64,000 nt of DNA from Yuukianura sp. NJ FZ-2021 (Eukaryota). A program made the position numbers and the translations under genes. The notes under the pieces were generated by a model. That model saw only the letters and a program-made list of their open reading frames with translations. It searched no databases and had not been told where the DNA came from. The stretch lies in NCBI GenBank assembly GCA_046563655.1, contig CM102286.1, positions 12,710,001 through 12,774,000 on the forward strand, read 5' to 3'. Shown piece by piece: positions 48,201 through 63,600 of the stretch. Each line of letters starts with the position of its first letter. Positions within the stretch are counted from its first letter, which is position 1.

Positions 48201-51200
48201 CCTCTGCTGTCGTCAATTTGTTTTTCTTTAGTGTCGTGGGCTAGGATACATACACTGCAATGATCAGTTGTTAGTTGATCAGTAGTTTTTATCAAAAATA
48301 TAAATTACTTTTGTCACGCACTTGTAATGTTTCCTATTCTGATTTATTTTATGTCAATATTTCTTGTCGCCTTTTTGAAAATCTGGCTATTGTACTTTGT
48401 TCATAATTTGTAACCCACAATTTGGTGTAAACTGGTTACAATGTCGCAAATCGTCGCTGACTTTTTCCATTTCCAGCGCTCCGGTTCTGTCGGTGCTTGG
48501 TACATTTTAGATAAGCTAATATAGCAAACTTACAGGGAATTCCAGTGATCGCGAATCCAATTTGCATTGAAAATAACTGAACCGAAAAAAGGAAACGTGT
48601 GACAATCCCACTTTCTTTTTCACTTTCACCAGCGTGACGAATGTCCTCATAGTCAAAAGTTAAGTAATCACCACAAAGTAAAAGTGTCAAATGTCGTCAC
48701 CTTGACTGCTCCACAAAATCACAACAAAAGTATTAAGCTGATGGCTAAAAATCGTCGCCAGTTGACACTCCGGAGTCCAGTTGTTGGCCGGAGTTTAAGT
48801 TAACAAGAGTGAAGTGGGTGATTAAGTGAAAACTAAGGCAAGTGCATGGGAGCCTATATAAACTTTCTCTACTTTCGCCACAGTTCTCGTGCACTTTTGT
48901 AATCATGCTGCTTTCTGCCCCTGCGCCAAAATGAATTGGGAGTTTATGTATGAGGCCAGAGGACTTTCCACGCTGATTTTTCGTCCTACCAATTCCATCT
49001 TATATCTCTCTTAACTTTCACTACGTCACTTTCAGCTGCCTCTTCGTATCATAGTTGGATCCGTTCCCGTTATAGTCGGAGAAAGTCGAGAGCTGTGCCC
49101 TACTTTTTCCTCCAGAGAAAGTCATATGACTACTCCGAGATACGCTTTCCGAAATCATTATTCGGCCTTTTAGCACGCGTCTGGAACTATTAAGTAGAAG
49201 TAAAGGCATTTCCCATGAATGGTCAACAAATACTTGAAATCAAACTGTCCGTGATTGCCGTTCATTGTCCCGAACAGATATCGTGGCTGAAAGTGAAAGG
49301 ATGAAATATACGAAAGTTTTTATTGATCAAGTGAGAGAGAAACCAAAAAAGAAGCACGCGTATGAGAATTCATATTAGAATGTAGAAAGTTTAAGATTCT
49401 GAGCAGCTAAAGCTAAGATAATGCCAAGGATATAACTATTTCCCACGAGCATAGACGTCAAGCCTTTCACTCTCAGTAAAGAACGCTAAAACCCTTGTGT
49501 TGGCTCCAAAAAATATGCGGCTAAAACCGATCGATTCTTCCTCGTGTCTTGCTTTTCAGAATATAAAGAGCAGCGTCCAAATCTCCTTGAATATATTAGC
49601 TATGAAGTAACTTCCCGTCGTTGCGTCACTGTAAGCATAGTTGTTACCCACTTTCACTTTTGAGGCGCCATGTTAAGCTTTGCAGAGTTCAGATAGTACC
49701 TATATGAATGCCGGAGTTCGTGTGAATCCGAGTGTAACGTATTCGTAAACATTATTTAGGATAATCCATAATGCCTCCATAAAAGTAAAGCTAAAGCAAG
49801 TCATAAAACTCGTCCAACTGATCTGCAACAAGTATAAAATTAAAGTAAACAGTTTAATAATAAATAATTAGAGCATAGTGGCTATCACATCTTTTCATCT
49901 TATGTGTTAAAGTTCGAGACTGAAAGTTAAAAACCACTACATGCCTTTCCAGTTCGTCAAGGATTTCAACCGAATGTCGTCTAGTTTAGTTGAAATTAAG
50001 GAATTGTAGCAAAACACTCATCTTTGCAGACAGAATCAAGCAGTAGTTAGTAGTTAGTAGTAGAATCCTTGTGCGCCTGCGTCCGGATTCAGAAGAAGGC
50101 TGTATAAAAACAATTACTTCAATTTTAAACAATTTATATTTTATGTTATAAGCAAGCACAAGATCAACAACAGGTTAGACCGTCTCAAAATGTTTATACC
50201 TTCTCACCACTGCCTTAATTCAATTGGCGAAACACCATAGCCATAGCCTTCTTACGAAAATATTTTCAGTCCAAGTCGATCAGCCCATCAAAATTCAATT
50301 CTGGTTGGATGGAAGACACTGCGGCTCCTGTTCTCTACAATATTATGCCTTAACATGGATTTTTGCTTCATTACCTTTGAAATTAGAATCTAAAACGTGA
50401 ACAGCACGAAAGTTCATGTTGTGTAAATACCTGATTTCTGGTTTCAGGTCGTAAACAGAATTCCGAAATGCTTCAAGCAAAGCAAATCTAAATTAAGGTT
50501 TCTTGAGCATAATCTTGAATCGTAGATCAGCTAGCAATGTCATCCACGATGAACTCCAAGTCAAGTAGTAGTATATCTCCAAAGTTTTTCCCTCCAGACA
50601 GATGAAATGCTTTAGCATCTGAAAATCAAGATAATGGATCCATTGTTTTATTAATTCCAATGACACATTTCAATTCTTCATCGGGGCTGGGTATACTTGC
50701 AGTATGCTTGTACAGTAAACGGTTGAGCCATATACCTAAACAATTACGAAACTAACCTTGCGTTTGCTTACAACACAATTGCTGACTGCTAGTGCTGCTG
50801 ACTGCATTTTTGTGACAAGGACAACTGAATCTGATGGTTCTTGATTACTCCTCCTGTAACGTTAGCAAAAATTTTAATTCATTTGATCAATAACAGTTAA
50901 GGTTCGCCTTACCAGGTGGGATATACCGATGTAACGCTAACTTAATTCTACTAAACAAAAACAATTAACAAAATAAATTGTGAATTGAATTAAAAATACG
51001 AATTGTTTTGTATAGTTTTTTGTACAGTACATTGTTCAAAGCGGTGCAAAATACAAAAACGTATCCATTAGAAAATACAAAACCCGAGCAAAATGGCAAA
51101 TCAACTATGCATAAGTTATGCAGCATAACTTCAGCACACTAATCTGTATCAGGCGTTAAAACTACCTCAACTAAAACAATATTATCATCATTATAATTTT

Positions 51201-54200
51201 ATTTAATTACAGCTACCCCGTTCCCTAACTACTAATTATTAGTCAGTTGGAACTTCTGCACATAAACCTGTTTTTGCCAAACATCGTTATGCAAATGCAA
51301 GTGCAATTTCTCTTAGCATTTGCAATTCCTATTTGAAAATAGTTTCGCGCGCTTTTACAAAGATACAGGTTCCCCGGCGTACTAATCCACTGATAAGTTT
51401 GGAATACGTGAAATCTTAATAAGGTGAAATTATTTAATTGTAATTATAATTATTTTAGTTTTGAACATTATTATTATCGTGTCCGAAAGCTGGGATTTTT
51501 TTTGCAAATAAAAATTAAAACATCAACTGGCGTACTTCCGATCTAAAATGCAACTTAATTATTATTAAGAGTTTCGCCTTCAATAAGACGCAATTCTGGT
51601 GGCACAACCAAAATTTTGGAAAATAATTCCCACATACCATAGCAAGTTACAAAGTCAAAACAATATAAGAAGCTTATATTGTTTAAGCAAGCGTAAGTTA
51701 ACATAGACTTCTGGGTCAGTCAAAAGGTATAATATGCTATTGAAAATTTTAACTAAGGTTTCTCAAATGAAGCAGTCAATTCAAATAACCTTGATGCTAA
51801 CGTTAAAAGGAAATATAAAAAGGTTTTAGTAGCAGAGAATTCCATTCTCAAATGTAGAATCATTGAGACTTGCAACGTCAAGGCACAGTTAAAATAAGTT
51901 TGTGCCGTATGTATTCAAGAACGAGAAGTTATACAGACAAGTCGAAATAAATTCACAGGATTCGCACGCATCGCAGTGGTGTTATTATAAACACTCACGG
52001 CGCGATTCGTGTCAGAATATTTTGGCGGATATCAGCGGATTAGTGTGTTGCAATCTGTTGACAAACTTTAAATGACAGTTAATAGATAAAATTAAAGTCA
52101 GCCGACAAATGTAAACAAAGACAAAGAAAGTGTAAACAAACGGAGTCTGCCTTCGTCAGCATCAGCAAACAATCAGTGAACGGTAACCTTCATGGAATCC
52201 ACATAAACGTAAGTACTATAAACGTGTTAGTTACTTGATATCCCTACCGATCAGCTGTAGATTTAGATAAATTGAAAAAGTACGGTGGAATTTACACTAA
52301 ACATAATCGACTTAATTATTCCGAATTAACCGTGGTCGGTATCTGGTATCGGTCCATCGAAATCCTACCGCCTCGATGACCCCTGTAGCCTTTGTCTGAG
52401 CTTGTACATTGCTGTAAGCTTGCGAAACGCATATTAAACTTTACTTAGGGCATACTTCATCAAGTTTCGGACAGACCGACGGAGGATTCGGGTTCGAGAT
52501 AAACTGTTAACGCTCAAGTTATTCGCAAACTTCCTGTACTGCAACTTGTGATCAATGCTTTATGTTCATCGGTTAAGGGGAATTAAGAGTTAAAATTCAC
52601 GAATCATGATGCCCTTCTACTTTGCAATCCCCGATCTTAAAAATTTTTTTTTTGATGGGAATGGTACCCCCCTCCCTTCATTTTCAAAAAGTTTTAAAAC
52701 GTCAAAGTCCAAAAGTATTCAAAGGGGGGACCCTTCGCACCAAATATTTCAAAAACCTTTTATGTATGTATTTTTATACCACGTATTCAAAAAGGGAAAT
52801 TAGAATTGCTTGAAGTAAGTAATTCAACCAACTACTGAAGGAATTAAGGGATTCGCTGAATTCCAAAAAACGAATTCGATTTCGCTATGCTATGAGAATT
52901 TTTAAGCCGATGTGCCGCTAGTGCTCTTCATCTTGATCTTTAAGCAGAAGAATTGTATTTAATATTCATCAACCCAGAGACAATGATTTCCAGTTTCCAT
53001 CACTGCCTTTTAAAATCCTTTTGTATTTGGCAGAAGGCAGAGACTTTAGAAGTAGACGGACAGAAGAGTTAATGCATAATTCATGCTGCCGTCGTGAGCA
53101 TCTTCTTGAGAAACTTTCTTTTTGCACGATTGAAACTCTATGAAACATTTTTACATTCTTCCACAGCACCATTTTCATCTTGAGTAGAAAGAATTGTATC
53201 TAGGAAACGGCGTGAGAAAGTTGGAATATTTCTAGAAGCCATTTGTTTTTCGAATCCTATTTTTAATTTCTCCCCAGAGTGTGAGTGGGAAATGGGAAGC
53301 TTAAACTCTAGGAAATTAACTTCTTAATATTTATTACACTTCTAGTTTTTTGTGTATTTCAGGAAAATTTTCCAAGGACGAACGATTTCCACAAATTACG
53401 TTTCTACTCAATACATCCTTCTCGGAGACTCCGTGGATTCTGCAAAACTGATTTCGTATGTTTAATACTCTGTAAAACAATATTGCTTACTTTTTTTGTT
53501 AAAATAGTCTGAAATGGCCTGTCTTTTATATAGTACTAGAGTCAAATTTCCTGGAAGAGCGCCGTGGTTAGTGTCCTGGGCTTTAGAATGTCATGGAGCA
53601 GGTGTTTAGGGGATATCCAACCTTTCAAATTAATTCCCTCAATAAGTTTCTGTTCCTGGAGAAAATTCCTGGAGAGAAAGTTCGTACCACTACGGCACAG
53701 GGAAAAGCTATGGCTATGTTTGGCTTGTACTTTCACTATATCCCGCCCCGAACATACCGAATCCAGTAGGATTACAATTACGTGATCGACGACGGGCAGA
53801 GGCAAGGTTTGCTGACTTTAATTTTCTTTAATAGGTTGGGTAATACCTCATGTCTTTTTGTTTGATTTTGCAAAAGAAAAAGTGTCTTTCCATTTCAGGG
53901 CATCGTAAGTCATAACAGCCAAAATTTTTAAATTTTGCATATGAATTTGCATTTGAAGTAGCAATTTTTGGATTGGTACTAAAAACTGGTCCCAATTTTT
54001 CCTTTTTCGTTTTTCTGTCAACAAGCGAGGTAGTACCCAACCTACTAAAGAAAATTAACTTTTCGTTGTCAAAGAACCTTGGTCAGAGGAGAGGAACTGT
54101 GCGACGGCGGGAGGGGTTGAAGGAAGAGTTCGGGTTTTGGCGGGCGAGTTCGGTTTGTAGCCAGGGATACTTTCCGTCTTGTGACTCAAAGAAATAGGCC

Positions 54201-54499
54201 ATATAGTGTTCAAATCTGCGGGAGTGAAAGGCTCGTGAGGGAAAGCAGTTTTCTCCTATTGCGTCTGTCTGCTCCCCATCGACTCTTTTTCCTTCCCATT
54301 TATGACCCCAACCATTTCAAATTTTAGCCCATACTTCAATTTTCCCTACAACGTCCAACAACCTACACCAAAAGTTCCTCTGACTCAAATCTAAGTCAGA
54401 GGATTCGTCAGTGACATTTCCCATCAAACTGTTAGTTCGAGTGACCCTTTGACATTTCGTTCTTCGTTTAACCTACAAACTTTTCTACTGAATTTTCAG

Positions 54500-54616
54500 A
54501 TTTTGCCGCCAACTGCATCACAGACTCTTTACTTGAATCCATTCGTGAAGTATTTGATCTACTACGATCAGCATTCAGCAATTGATCACAACTAATTACT
54601 CAGTTTACATCTCAAG
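54500..54616 (+). other. Candidate non-coding (5' UTR) exon of a divergent plus-strand transcript
   Basis: ttttctactgaattttcag|...ctcaag|gtaagc; 117 nt with stop codons in all three frames. Confidence 0.4.
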
Positions 54617-57600
54617 GTAAGCCAAACCATTTATTTGACACGTTGCTAAGCGCGTTCCATTTTGTGCAGAGAAGTTACAGTTTCTACTTTAGTTTATGAC
54701 AAAAACTGTCGTTATAATTTCCATCTCCGGAAAATTTTAATTACAACCTCTTAGGAATTTGGCAACTCTTGTATGAAAAGCTGTAATTATAGGAACACTC
54801 TTCCAGTACATTATACTTGCAGCGCTGCTTATACTGCCAGTAACTTATGTGGTAGCTATAAAACGAAAGCTTTAGAAATCGACTTTTCTGATTATTGACA
54901 GACACGAAGTTCTTTTCTGAACGGAAACTTTTTTAAATTGGCTTAACTTATATAAAGTTTTTGAGTGTTTGGACAGTTTTCGATTTCAAATGGAACGAAA
55001 GTTTCGATTTTTTTCCAAATGATATTGACTAATTCATAACAATTGATTTTTCCAAACAGTTAAACTGGTTTCTAATTACTTTTCACCTGAAACCAACCCA
55101 TGCCAAGCAAAGAAAGATTTTGAACTCTTTGAAAAAGTTTGGAATTGGAAGACTTGAGTTCGTTAGGCTTTTCGTTTTTAACTTTTTCAGTCTTTCACGT
55201 GCTGCCTATTTAAAAGTTTTGAAATATAGTAGTTTCCATTTCAAGCTAAAATCACGTAATCGGTAAGAGACACGACGGTTTGAAGTGGAGCAGTGGAAAA
55301 CTGCGCGTGGTAACTTGTTCAACAAAAAATTAAGTTAGGATTTAATACAGAACGAACGGAAAAAGTTTTTCGCCAAAAGTACAAACTATAGAAGCGAAAT
55401 AAAAAATGGTTAGACGAACTTTTACTTCCTTTTTAACTCTAGTTTAGGTTTCCTGCGCTGCATTTGCTAGAAGATGAAAAAGAGTAAAAAAAAAAGTTCA
55501 ATTTTTTTTCTTCTACGTATTCTGCTTTCTGCTACAAACAACAGAGGTTCATTGCAATCAAAAGCTAAGCAAAGTTCTGTTTTTTTCGGGTTAAAAGTTT
55601 GTAATGAATATTTTAGTAAGAGCAAACCATGGAAAAGAAGAAGCTACAGTTTTTGTGATAGCAAAGAGCGAGGTCCTAAAAATAAAATTTCTTTTTCGTG
55701 ATCAATCTTCTTCTTCATGACTTTTTAACTTTAAATAAATAGATTCTGACTCTATCTCTGCGGTATCTTCTCAACCAGCACAACTTTAGTTCTGTTTTGT
55801 TATAACAGAAAAGAACTGCTTTTCCACTTTGTACTTTTCTTTTGTCTTATTTCATCTGTCTCGGTCTTTTCCGCTTTTGTCTGAGCTTTCCCTGCTCCAA
55901 ATCCGTGTAAGTGACAGGTTTATGTTTCCAAATGAAAGTAAAGGGGAGAATGAGGTTGAAGGACGAGTTAAACGATTTTGTCCTTTATTTTACCCGGGAA
56001 AAGCAGTGACAGGACTTGATTGGACTCATTCAAAGCGACAAAGGGGTTACAACTATGTCATTGTTTATATTAAATTGGACAGAGATTTGTATATGTTGGA
56101 AGAGAAAGGGGGAATTGCCTTTCAAGGACTTCCAGTTGTAGTTTGTACAGGGTGGTTCAAAAACATTGTCGAAAGGGAAAGTGAAAGTTTATCTTTCACC
56201 AATTTACAAATGTACAATAACAAAAGTTGACTGATTCTCGAATAGCATGTTATGATGGGACGAAATGAAAGTTTGAACACGTTATATGACTTAGATCGAC
56301 CGTTGTATTTAAAGTTGTGGTTTAGTTAGTTCTTAGTTGGAGATGGATTTTAGCGTGTTTTTGAAATTTTTGGCAAGTCGCATTGTACTTTTTTGTTGTT
56401 CGCTTTGTGTCCGTTTTTGCAGTGACATAAAACTTACAATTTTCGCTGCGAAAGTCAGAGGAAAGTAATTTGGCGAAGTCAAATCTCAACGATGTCGCAG
56501 AGGGTTGGCCTGGTTACAACTGTCGTATTGTTGTCAATGGGCATCGGTCGAAGGGCCACTATGTACTTTGTGAATGGAAGTGTCTTTGTTCTGAACATTC
56601 AGAGGAATGACGATGACGATGGTAAGAGCAGGACGACATGGGGGTTGTGTCTGTGTCATAGGAGGACTTTTAGTTTTTCCTAATAAAAAAAATCGATCCA
56701 TGCCATCTTCCTTTCCCCAACTTTCTCCTTGTTTCCTTTATTTCTTGAGTGACTCACAAGCATTGAGCCAACGGCAGAGGTTTAGAGTGGAGTCATCCCC
56801 ATTGTGTTACGTCTCTATCTACCCATCGGAATATTCTTCCAGGACTCTGTCCATCTCCAGTCATCCACTTCCAGCAGATTCCAGGAGGACTTGAATGTCC
56901 AGCTCAAAACATTCTCCACATGATAACATTTTTTTCTGGGCTCTGCTTTCACTCTTCCCTGAATTCTGATCCTGAAAAGCCACTAGAATGGTCAAAAGTA
57001 TCTAGAATCTGACCATTTTGAAAGACTTTCCATATGTTACGTACTAGGTTTGCCGTGCTAGGCTGGCACTGTTTTTGGCTAGGGATTTGCAGTTACGTGA
57101 CCACCTCCGCTGCTTCTGCGGTGGCGCTGCTTCAAATTCAATGTTTCAAAATTATTCTTCGAATAAATCTTGCAGTACACCAAATCCGGTGGTTTCTGCT
57201 GCCCTCGTGTCAAGGCTAGACGATTCAAGGTGAATGGACTCACACGCCATTTTCACTTTCTGAATCTTTGCTTTCTCTCTCTACTTCTGCTGTTTCCTTC
57301 ATCCTCCCCCTTCAGTCCTTTGGGAAATGGATCAATTTAGAAGGCAAACAGATTCTTATTTGTGAAGGAAAAGCAGGAAGAGAGAGCCAATCCGAATAAC
57401 ATTTCTTGGCATTCCAAGCATCCAGAAGTAATTGATACTCAGGAAATCGAGAAAGGGAAGGTGGAGAAAGTTCCACATCGAGTGATAATAAATCATCAGT
57501 TTTCTAGAAAAGGTTCGAAAAAAGATGAGGCTTCAGAATACTCCAGGAAAAAAGTAGAGCTCTTAAATCTTTCAAAGGTGGAGAAAACATTTCTAGGGTG

Positions 57601-60600
57601 AAAGTTAAAGGAAGAAGATGAACATGAAATATTGGTAATTGGAATAGAGATTAGTTTTTCAGTGGAGTTCAGAGGAGACACAGTTTTTCTTGTTTTTTTT
57701 TAGTTCTACTTTCACTGTTGAATTTGTCGGATTTTACAAAGGTTACAACTTTTCACTTTTTTGGGAGTAATTTTACCCGGGTTTTACGATTTGTCGAACG
57801 ACGAAGGAAAGCTTCACCTTACTTTTTTTCTTATCCAATGCTACTAACATAGGGTAGGCCTTATGGTGTTAGGGTTACGTTAGGCTTTTGCTTTGAGACA
57901 GATGAAGGAAATGGAAATCCTGGCAAAAGACGGATGGGGAGAGCTAAACGAAGTGAGTTGCTGGGGGTGGCTGGTGAGGGAGTTCCTTAATGCAACTAGT
58001 TTCAGGAGCAGGCGAACCTATTTTCTTTTCTCAGGAAGAAAAAAGAGGAGTGAAAGCAAGATTTTAATGGCAGAAGGCATTCTGGAGAAAGCAGACAAAT
58101 AAAAAAAGTAAAGCTCTGGCTATGGACTCAAGAGAGACAGATGGAGTTCTTTTGTGTCCGGGAAAACTACCACACCAGAACCATTGTTTGTATTTGGAAG
58201 GGGGTTTTTCCCATTGTTAGGTTCCCTGCGCAATGAACTTTCTTCGTGACGCACCACCACCACCACAAGCAGTACCAACAGTATGTGGTCAGCTTTGGTT
58301 CCCCTTTTGAAGGAATTGGACTTCAAACTTTTGAGAAAGAAACCAAACAACATGAAACACGAATTGACAGCAGCAGTTCCTTTGAGAGTTTGAGTTTTTT
58401 TTATACAAAATGTGGGGTTTTGGGTTTTTTTTTTGGTTTTTGGTTTTTGAAAGACGAGTAGAAATATATAGGATTTTGGTGAATAGAAAACGTAGTTGCC
58501 TTGGAGCGAGCAAAGGTTTTACTAAAGTCTCCTTTCTCTTTTTCTAAAAAAGAAAAAAGAAAATAGTTTCTCCCTCGAGACTTTTCGGTGGAGCTCCTGC
58601 TGGATTTTATGGTTGACTTAACTTTAGTATTTATTAATTCGGATTACCTTCTTATTCCTTTCTCTATTCGTTCTCTAAAAAAGTGAAAGTTGAGCTAGCC
58701 GAGTGCTATGTTGAACGTTAGGGTGGTTACGTTGACGGCGCAGATTAGGTTTGCTGGAAAGGAATTATATGTTATGTTGAAAATCTGCTGCCTGTTGCCT
58801 TTTACTAGGAAATTTCCTTTGTTGAGGTTTCAAGTTTAAAAGCCGTTTTCATTATTTACGCGATTTAGGAGACCATGATGGTTGCACTTCATTTACAAAA
58901 TCTAACCTGAAACAGGGAAAGGTAAAACCTAATGTTTGAGTGTATTTAATTAAAGTGAAATTTAAGCAATAATGTGAATTAACTTTTAGTTTAGGATTTA
59001 CCTAATAAATGGAAATAGTAAACCAGAGGTACAATGCTACATTTGGTGTCCTGACTTTCACCAGTCGCTCTACTGGTCCATGCTGAAAGTGAAATTTTCG
59101 CTGGATACAGGGAAATGCAAATTCAATTAAAAATTCCTTCACTCTAGTCCTGTTTTGGGTTGGTTTTTGGGAAGGAGAGTAGTGGGTACAAAGTTTATTT
59201 CTGGACTATTTCAACCTTCTACAGCATTTGCTATAGTCACTCTCTTTGGTCTGGTTGAAATTAGTCACTTCCATCCCTGTCTCTTTCTCCCACTTAGGAG
59301 AAAACCTCCTCTTCCGTGTAACGATTCAATTTTAGAGTGAAATAATTCAGTTTGAATTTTTCCTCCGGCCACTTCTTTTTCCTCCTTTCACAAACCATCT
59401 TTCTCATTTAGAAAATTCTAGCTCGTGTTGCTTAAATGAACTAACAAAAAACTGAGTTTTCCAATTTATTTCAACTTAACTTTCGGGAAACTAATTGCTG
59501 TTGACGTTAGCCACACATATTAATTTTAACTAATTTGAACCACAAGTTTTAGCGACAAGCAATTCTTTTCTATTATAAAACTTTTTTTACTCCAAAGTTT
59601 TTCAAAACCAATTTGCCGTATATGTCACTGCGCTTTCACGCGGGGCAATTGCTTCTGGCATTTATTGGCGCGATTTATTTACATTTTGAGGAAAAAAATG
59701 TTGTTTTTTTGGAAAACTGTTTGAGGATGACCTGCGGCGTACAAAAAAAAGTGTAACCAAAACGAATACTACAAAATTTTTAATACATTTTTTGATGCCG
59801 AATTTTTTGGTCGGTTGAAACTTCAAAAATAAAATATAAAATTAACATCGTTAGAAGGTGGAAAAAGTTTAAACTTTCGCAACTCACGCAATATTTTCTG
59901 GTATTGATGAAAAATCATGTCAATTTTATAATAATGTTTTTTTTTCTTCTTTTTTTTTAAATTAAGTTATGCTTCAGCATGGAACGTGCTTTACTACTAA
60001 TTTTGAAAACAATTGTATTTTTAAGTGCTTCTTTGATAGATTTTATATACTACTGGATTGCGTACAATAATGACTTGGAGTCGTTGAAAACTAGGCAGCA
60101 GTAGCGCCCTTGAAGTGATAAGGAAAAGTGTCTTAAGTGTGTTATGAGGAGATGAAAGTTTCATTAGCGAAGTCGTAAGGAGGAAAATAATGATAGAAAA
60201 ATCGCTTTTTTTTTCTTAAAAAAGTATATTAAGCTAAGTGAGAAAGTAGTGAACGGAGGCGGCTATGGTAGTATGAAGTTGGGAAGAGAAAGTACTTGTG
60301 AAAGCTCCACTGAAACTGCCGTATTCTCTGTGTTGAAGGGATGACGGAGAACTTGACTTTGTTTCTGGAGTTCTGGGAAAGTGCGGGAACTTCAGATTTC
60401 TGATGACGGTTCATCAATTGAATGAAGCTCTTCCCGCACTTTGTCTTGGAGGCCTTTGAGGATTTCCAGAAGATTGTCACTCTTGAGAGGAAATATCATA
60501 AAAGGAAATTCAGAGGAAAGTTGAAGAGGAGCCAAGAATTGGTCTTTAAACAGGGCTTTCACCATAGGAAAGAAGCACAGAATTGACGAAATGTGAAGAA

Positions 60601-63600
60601 GCTACTACTAGTACTAGCTGGTTCCCGGACACTTATGAACGGATTCTTACGGACGGTCATGATTTGACAATAACCTTATGGACATAGAGTACCTATTTAG
60701 CAAAGTTAACTAGAATAATAGCGACCGTCCGGAAACTTCCGCCCATACGAACAGCGGTGCATAAATTTCCGTCCATGACTGCCAGGTTACTCTACTACCT
60801 GCTCTTACACAGTGAAGCATTGCCCTCAACGGATTCCTTTGTCATAATTGATTATTCCTTGACGTCAAGGGTACCACCGCCTTTAAACTTTTTCAAAATT
60901 ATAACTTTGAAGTGACGTTTGCATAAAGACGAAAATAGGGAGTATCAAGTTTATTTTGAAAAGTATTTCAAACAACAACTTTAAATCAAAATGAAAATGT
61001 TTTTTGTAGAATTTGAAACTTTCCAAGTCAAGGGAGAGCGAGAACAAAACAGATCGCTCCAGTGTTAATTCCAGTGGAAATTCGACAGACAAACTTCTAG
61101 TTTTTCTCGCAACTTTTTTATTTTGAAGGGAAAGTTGTACAAATCCTTCTCTTTTTTTTTCGTTTTTTTCCTGAGTTTCAATTTCAGCAGCGGAACTTCT
61201 AAGGGTAAGGAGAAAAAATAATATTTTATGAAAAAAATATTCCAAGTGGGTGAAAACCAAAGCGAAAATCTTTTAGACATTTTCAAGGAAAGAAGGCTGA
61301 AGGCCTATGGCATTTTTTGTATAAATTGTCTTGAAGAAAAAATGTTGAAAAAATATGGTGAAAAGCTAAGGTTTTTAAGTGATCTTGAATACAAAGTAAG
61401 GAGAAAGAGGAAGTCTTTGGATTTTTATGTTTTGTGTATATAAAAAGAGAGAGGGAAAAGTTTGAAGTTTTTTTTTTTTCATAAAATTTCCGATTTCAGG
61501 GAAGACTAAGTTTGAATTGAATGTGTAGATTCAGTGTAAGTAAACCTTGGAGAGTTCTCTAGGTTTTTTTTCAATTCAAAAAAAAAAGATGACGTAAGAT
61601 CTCACACAACAACAAAAAAGTGAAAAGTAAAGAAAAGTTGAGAAATTTGGATCAGAGAAAAGCGAAACGGATATCGATAATAGAAGTTTCAAGTTCCTTT
61701 TGAAAACCCCGAAAATGTGGCACGGCAGTTTTTGTGTTTTGGAGAAAGTCAAGGAATTTTTTTGTTAGCATTTCTAAAAAAAGAAGGCAAAAGAAATTGG
61801 AAACCCTGTTTCCTAAATGTTTTGAATTTTTGAAGAGACCAACACTTATATTTCCAAGACTTTCTCTAACTTTGTTTCCGCTTCCATTCCAACACTAACT
61901 TCCTGGAATGGTCCACTAGAAAGTAAATATTTGCAATTTAAAGGGAATGTGTGAGTGGATTTCAGTGGATTCTCGTTGGTCGTTATTTTCACAAAACGTG
62001 ACAAGACTGGGAATTGAACTCAAAACTCTCAAATAACTGCTTTCACCTGACGCCTCCCTTTTAAGTATTATAACTCATTCGGTCTGGAGGGTTTCTATGC
62101 CCACCTTCCGAACGACTCCACTCGTCCATTTATGTAATTCTAATCATTATTTCAGCAGCAAGGGGTTGGAATGGCAAGCTCAGAATTCAAAAGTTCCGCT
62201 AATACCCGCCAAAACTCTTTGATCTTCCAGTTCACGTTTGGAGAAAACTGAAACCCCTTTGGCTTGAGAGCTCTTAAGAGTTGAAGGACACTGGAAAGGC
62301 AAGGTGTAAATTACGATAGTGTCCGAGAAATGACCAGATACAGATCAAGTTTAGCGGGTTTTTCGGATTTGGAATACAAAGAGTTTCAAATCCTGGCGGT
62401 TTTACGACTTAACCTAAATAGTCGTATCGTCACATACTCCCCCCACGCAAAAGAGCTCTTTTGATCTTGGGCGGGAATGAAAGAATTAATTTGAATCTGA
62501 GTTTAGCTGGATTGAAATTTGAAGCGGATACAGTACGAGTGCTTGCTGCTTCACCCCGGGAGACTTTTTTTTTGTATTTCATGACTGTAATAATGGTTTT
62601 TGGCGGGAGGAGGGTAAGGTTAGGTTGAAAAGAGAGTTAGGTTAGCGTTAGGTTACGCATTATAGGCTGGTTTAGGTTTTTCGTGGGGATACTCTCAGAG
62701 AGAAACAGTAAGTTGTTATGTGGTCTGAGATTTTGATTCGGTTAAGTGACCATAAGTAGATTTTCATGCCGTCCAAGCCTGAGCGAACTTTCTCTTGCTA
62801 GCAGTAGCCGTTCCATATGTAACAAATTCTCTGCAGCACACCAACCCCCTTGCCACGGTGGTTTGGTTATGTGGGGCTACTTTATATTTTGAGTCGTCGT
62901 TGGTCGTTTGAGCAGAAGCATTATTGAGCTCCTCGATCAATAGAAAGTGATTCTTCCACTTTCCCCTACGGTCGAGAGAGCCCACTTCTTACGTTAGTTG
63001 TAGTCATTGTGTGTAGTGTTATGGCGGCTACTTTCCCCTCTTTTCGAATATCATAAAAAGTGGTTTCTCCCCCTTACCCCCCACTTAAACCTCCGCCCCA
63101 CCCCTGGTTTATGACACATGGACGCAGGCAATCAAGGCGTTAATTTACTTTTTCCATCCCCCATCTGTTCTTGTTCTTTGTCTGACCGTGCGTAGAGGTA
63201 ATGAAATGATTAACAAGACAATTTCATTGTTCTTCCGCAACATAAACATTTTACCAAAATTTTATTTTCTCCTGGAAATTTTGTTTTCTCCTCCAATTTT
63301 GTTTTCGTGAATTACGCTTTTAGCGTGGTAGGATTCTATACGATGGTTGATGCTTCACGGTTCTCATATTTATTGCCGACTGAAGGTACTTGGAAGTAGT
63401 TTAATGGATGCTGGAACCTTACTTATTCATGTTCAAATGGAGGAGGTCTCAAATCCTGTTCTATTTTTTGTCGTGCTGTAAGATCACTTTTAACTTTTCA
63501 GTATCTAAAAGTCTATGGGTTTTCTATTCCTAAGGACGTTAAGGCTAGAAGTTAGGCTTTTGGAGAAAAGAATAGGCGAGGGGGAGAAAGTTGAAGGTGA

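Noticed and set aside
61672..61679. DRE-like TATCGATA
   Set aside because: A single 8-mer is expected by chance in 64 kb; no other promoter evidence
62611..62660. TTAGG-like repeats (also near 33250 and 31710)
   Set aside because: Only 2-4 degenerate units; not an interstitial telomere array
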